Shown: positions 61,488 to 64,000 of the stretch, one piece after another
Layout of the letters: every line of letters begins with the position of its first letter
Numbering within the stretch: position 1 is the first letter of the stretch
From: an uncultured virus (IMG/VR IMGVR_UViG_3300033066_000375)
Lineage: Duplodnaviria > Heunggongvirae > Uroviricota > Caudoviricetes
Direction: 5' to 3' (one strand)
Length of the DNA: 64,000 nt
Virus record (IMG/VR): IMGVR_UViG_3300033066_000375
Position numbers and translations under genes: made by a program
Notes under the pieces: generated by a model
The model's database searches: none
What the model saw: only the letters and a program-made list of their open reading frames with translations
Told to the model about the DNA's origin: nothing

Positions 61488-62371
61488 AACTCAATGACAT
61501 ACTAAATGAGTCTTTTAAACTATTTAAAGATGAATCGATTAAAAAGAATCCATTTTTAAAGAACGATGAATTTAACGCAACTATTAACGCATTTAAAACA
61601 GCAGTGTCTAAGGGATTCTTGAAAGATCAGGAAAAAGATATTAATTATTGGCGCAAAAATGGCGGTTTTAATAAATTACACGATAGGCTATTAAATGCGT
61701 CCAATAACATGTCCAAAAGAGAAGGGAAAGCGCTCGCTCGTAAAGCCGATGTTATACAATTAACAGAAACTCCCAACTATACTGTAATAATACCATTAAC
61801 GCCTGAAGCATCCAGAATGCACGGCGCTGGTACTAAATGGTGTGTCTCATCTAGAAACGTAGATTATTTTAATGATTACTTTGCCACATATAATACACTT
61901 GGTAGATTAGTTATTATATTCTTACCCAAGCATGGTCATTTACCAAAACTTGCAGCAGCAATCACATCCGATAGCGATTTTCAATTATATGACGACAGAG
62001 ATGGTTCAATAAACTCAGTAGACTTTAATGGCATGATAGACGGTGATATATTGAAAATAATATCAATGGCACGTTCACGCATGCCAGAAAAAGATGCGGC
62101 TGTTATAAAGCAAGCAAAAACTAATAAATATATTGCATCTAAATTATTAGAAAAGGGGCAAATAGATCCAGAAGTTGTTAAAGATATATTATTAACAAAT
62201 ATTCTTTATGCAATAGTTTATGTAGAATTTGGTGGCAAAGACTATGATGCAATCAAAGAACGAATACCATTAAAGGCTGATTGGAACTTAGGGCGCTTAC
62301 TCAGACATATGCCTAAAGGTACATGGCCAGAAGCTGAACGATTATTCTCCGATTTTAGACAAAAAGCGTAA
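61484..62371 (+). CDS. Late hypothetical protein of a jumbo-phage-type family (GAGTKWC motif)
   Basis: PLTPEASRMHGAGTKWCVS..YFNDY; MKLNDILNE leader. Confidence 0.65.
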   Translation: MKLNDILNESFKLFKDESIKKNPFLKNDEFNATINAFKTAVSKGFLKDQEKDINYWRKNGGFNKLHDRLLNASNNMSKREGKALARKADVIQLTETPNYTVIIPLTPEASRMHGAGTKWCVSSRNVDYFNDYFATYNTLGRLVIIFLPKHGHLPKLAAAITSDSDFQLYDDRDGSINSVDFNGMIDGDILKIISMARSRMPEKDAAVIKQAKTNKYIASKLLEKGQIDPEVVKDILLTNILYAIVYVEFGGKDYDAIKERIPLKADWNLGRLLRHMPKGTWPEAERLFSDFRQKA

Positions 62372-62378
62372 AACGTAT

Positions 62379-63626
62379 TTACTGTTTAATAAATTGTTGC
62401 TCAAGTTGTATCAAAGTATGGACATAACTATTCATTAGTTCATTATATAATAGTAATGTAGCCTTGGCTTTTTCTAATCTCATTGTATTAGCATAAACTA
62501 TACTAGGCGGTGCCTCTGGATTATCTAATGTTTTCTCTAGATATTTTATAAACCTGTCCTGTATTGCTAACTCACTGGCACGATAGTCCAATACCTCTTT
62601 AGACTGATGTAAATCTATTCTGGTTTCGGTGCTCATTTCATTTACCCTTTTTAGATAATTCGTCCATCATTGTTTTTTGATTTCTTTGTATTAATTCAAT
62701 ATACTCTTGAATTCTACTATTGATTTTTGATACGTCATATTTAATATCGTCTGGCATATCTTCATTGACTGTAATACTTAAAGATCTTGCAAATTGCAAT
62801 CTCTCATTATCAAAGTCTATCAGTTGCTGGCATAAGTCTGATTTCTTTTCTGTACTATTCATTACTTATTCTCTTTAAATTTGACTTTAACACTATCCAC
62901 TAAGGAAAAGCTAGTGTCATCATAGTTATTTTTGAATTCTATAAACTTGTTAGTTAATTCTAATCTGGCATCCATTTCTTTTGTAAAATTGTGCAAATAA
63001 TATATCCATTCTTTTCTGGGTGGATATTCTGCTAAAGATTTTAACCTTCTGGAGACATCTTCCCACACATCTCTATTTCTATTGATTGAGAAATGCCTAT
63101 AAGTGACAAGACCATCTGATTCTTTAACTTCAATAGAAAGAATTGGAATATACACGTTACTTTCTTCTATTCCATAGAAATTAGTTTTAGTGAATTTATA
63201 AATTCTTATGATTCCATCAATACTACCACTTAGTCCATTGTCCATTTTATTTTCTTTATCCTTCTCTTCAAGCCTTCGTTTTTTATTTTCAGCTATTCTT
63301 GTTTTCATTCGTTCTACATATACTGCAAATTGTTCTTCATTTACAATCATATCTTCTGGTATGTGCTCTAAGGTATCTAATTTACCTATTGTTATAAATT
63401 GATCTGTGAGTGGGTTGCTCAACATCACCCAATAATAAGTTACACCGGGTGTTCCAGATTCTATTTGAATATTTTTTATTTTTATTGATTCATTGTCTTT
63501 ATCAATACGCATATGCTCTGTTAGCCATTTTGTGTTCAATAACTCTTCCAGAGAATTGAATTCCTCTGGTGGTGGTAATGGTCCAAGATCTATATAACCG
63601 GGTCTGTATGGTGATAATCTATTCAT
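62379..63626 (-). other. Three minus-strand hypothetical ORFs (62379-62636, 62638-62862, 62862-63626)
   Basis: Coupled ORFs converging on the late cluster. Confidence 0.65.
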
Positions 63627-63635
63627 TTATATTCC

Positions 63636-64000
63636 TTAAATATGTTCTAGTTCAAGATAGTGTATCTCACCACCTACTGTGTTGCTATGCTCTATAGCAC
63701 ATTCAATGGCTAATTGCAATCTATCCTTGGTTGGTAAGTGTGGATACATTCTTTGTGATGTATATAAAGATGCGTGTGCGTAATCACTACCTGAACCACA
63801 TGAAATATAATTTGCTAGTGGTTGTCCCACTTGAAAGTCGCTTTCAATAATAAATAACTTATCACTTATTGCAACTATAAAAGTTCCACCAGACGATTCA
63901 TCACCTTCTTTTATTTCTCCAAATCCATTTAATTTAAATACGTCCATTAATTGCTTAACAAATATTGACACCATGTAATTATGTAATGATTCATCACTGG
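63636..64000 (-). CDS. HslV/proteasome-type Ntn protease-like protein, 5' end outside the window
   Basis: LFIIESDFQV..ISCGSGSDYAHASL..AIECA..VGG. Confidence 0.65.
   Translation of the reverse strand, partial: SDESLHNYMVSIFVKQLMDVFKLNGFGEIKEGDESSGGTFIVAISDKLFIIESDFQVGQPLANYISCGSGSDYAHASLYTSQRMYPHLPTKDRLQLAIECAIEHSNTVGGEIHYLELEHI

Noticed and set aside
1..64000. TAG recoding (code 15) suggested by the CUA tRNA
   Set aside because: Long genes are uninterrupted in code 11, and TAG ends several ORFs immediately before promoters or terminators.

Overview
This window is 64 kb of a large dsDNA phage genome, probably a T4-like jumbo myovirus. Support: rIIA/rIIB, RNA ligase 1, TATAAATA late promoters, and late ORFs with T4 internal-protein-like leaders. 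It uses the standard genetic code, and IHF-like boxes suggest a proteobacterial host. Four zones are visible. (1) 1-13 kb: small hypothetical genes, GP88, rIIA/rIIB, an amber (CUA) tRNA, TilS invaded by a homing endonuclease, and Rnl1. (2) 13.5-22.7 kb: a tRNA/ncRNA island interleaved with homing endonucleases. (3) 22.7-35.7 kb: accessory enzymes (SleB-like hydrolase, deaminase, vWA fusion, metallophosphoesterase, macrodomain). (4) 35.8-58.2 kb: a GC-richer early region of short cassettes with their own promoters (ArdC, SprT, AT-hook, L7/L12-like and BrnA-like proteins). A repeat-rich junction then leads into AT-rich late genes. The strongest unexplained signals: two tRNAs with 26-nt hairpin inserts of identical geometry, whose removal matches an RNase III-type staggered cut sealable by Rnl1; several anticodon-less tRNA mimics and Y-RNA-like elements; about 35 RTTCAG-N5-RTTCAG boxes resembling an OmpR/PhoP-family site, most replacing a promoter -35; 15 dispersed TAAAAT-GGGTGCGTGGTCGG promoter-like elements, most with no gene directly behind them; and a two-copy unknown structured RNA. 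All calls come from reading the sequence by eye; no database searches were run.
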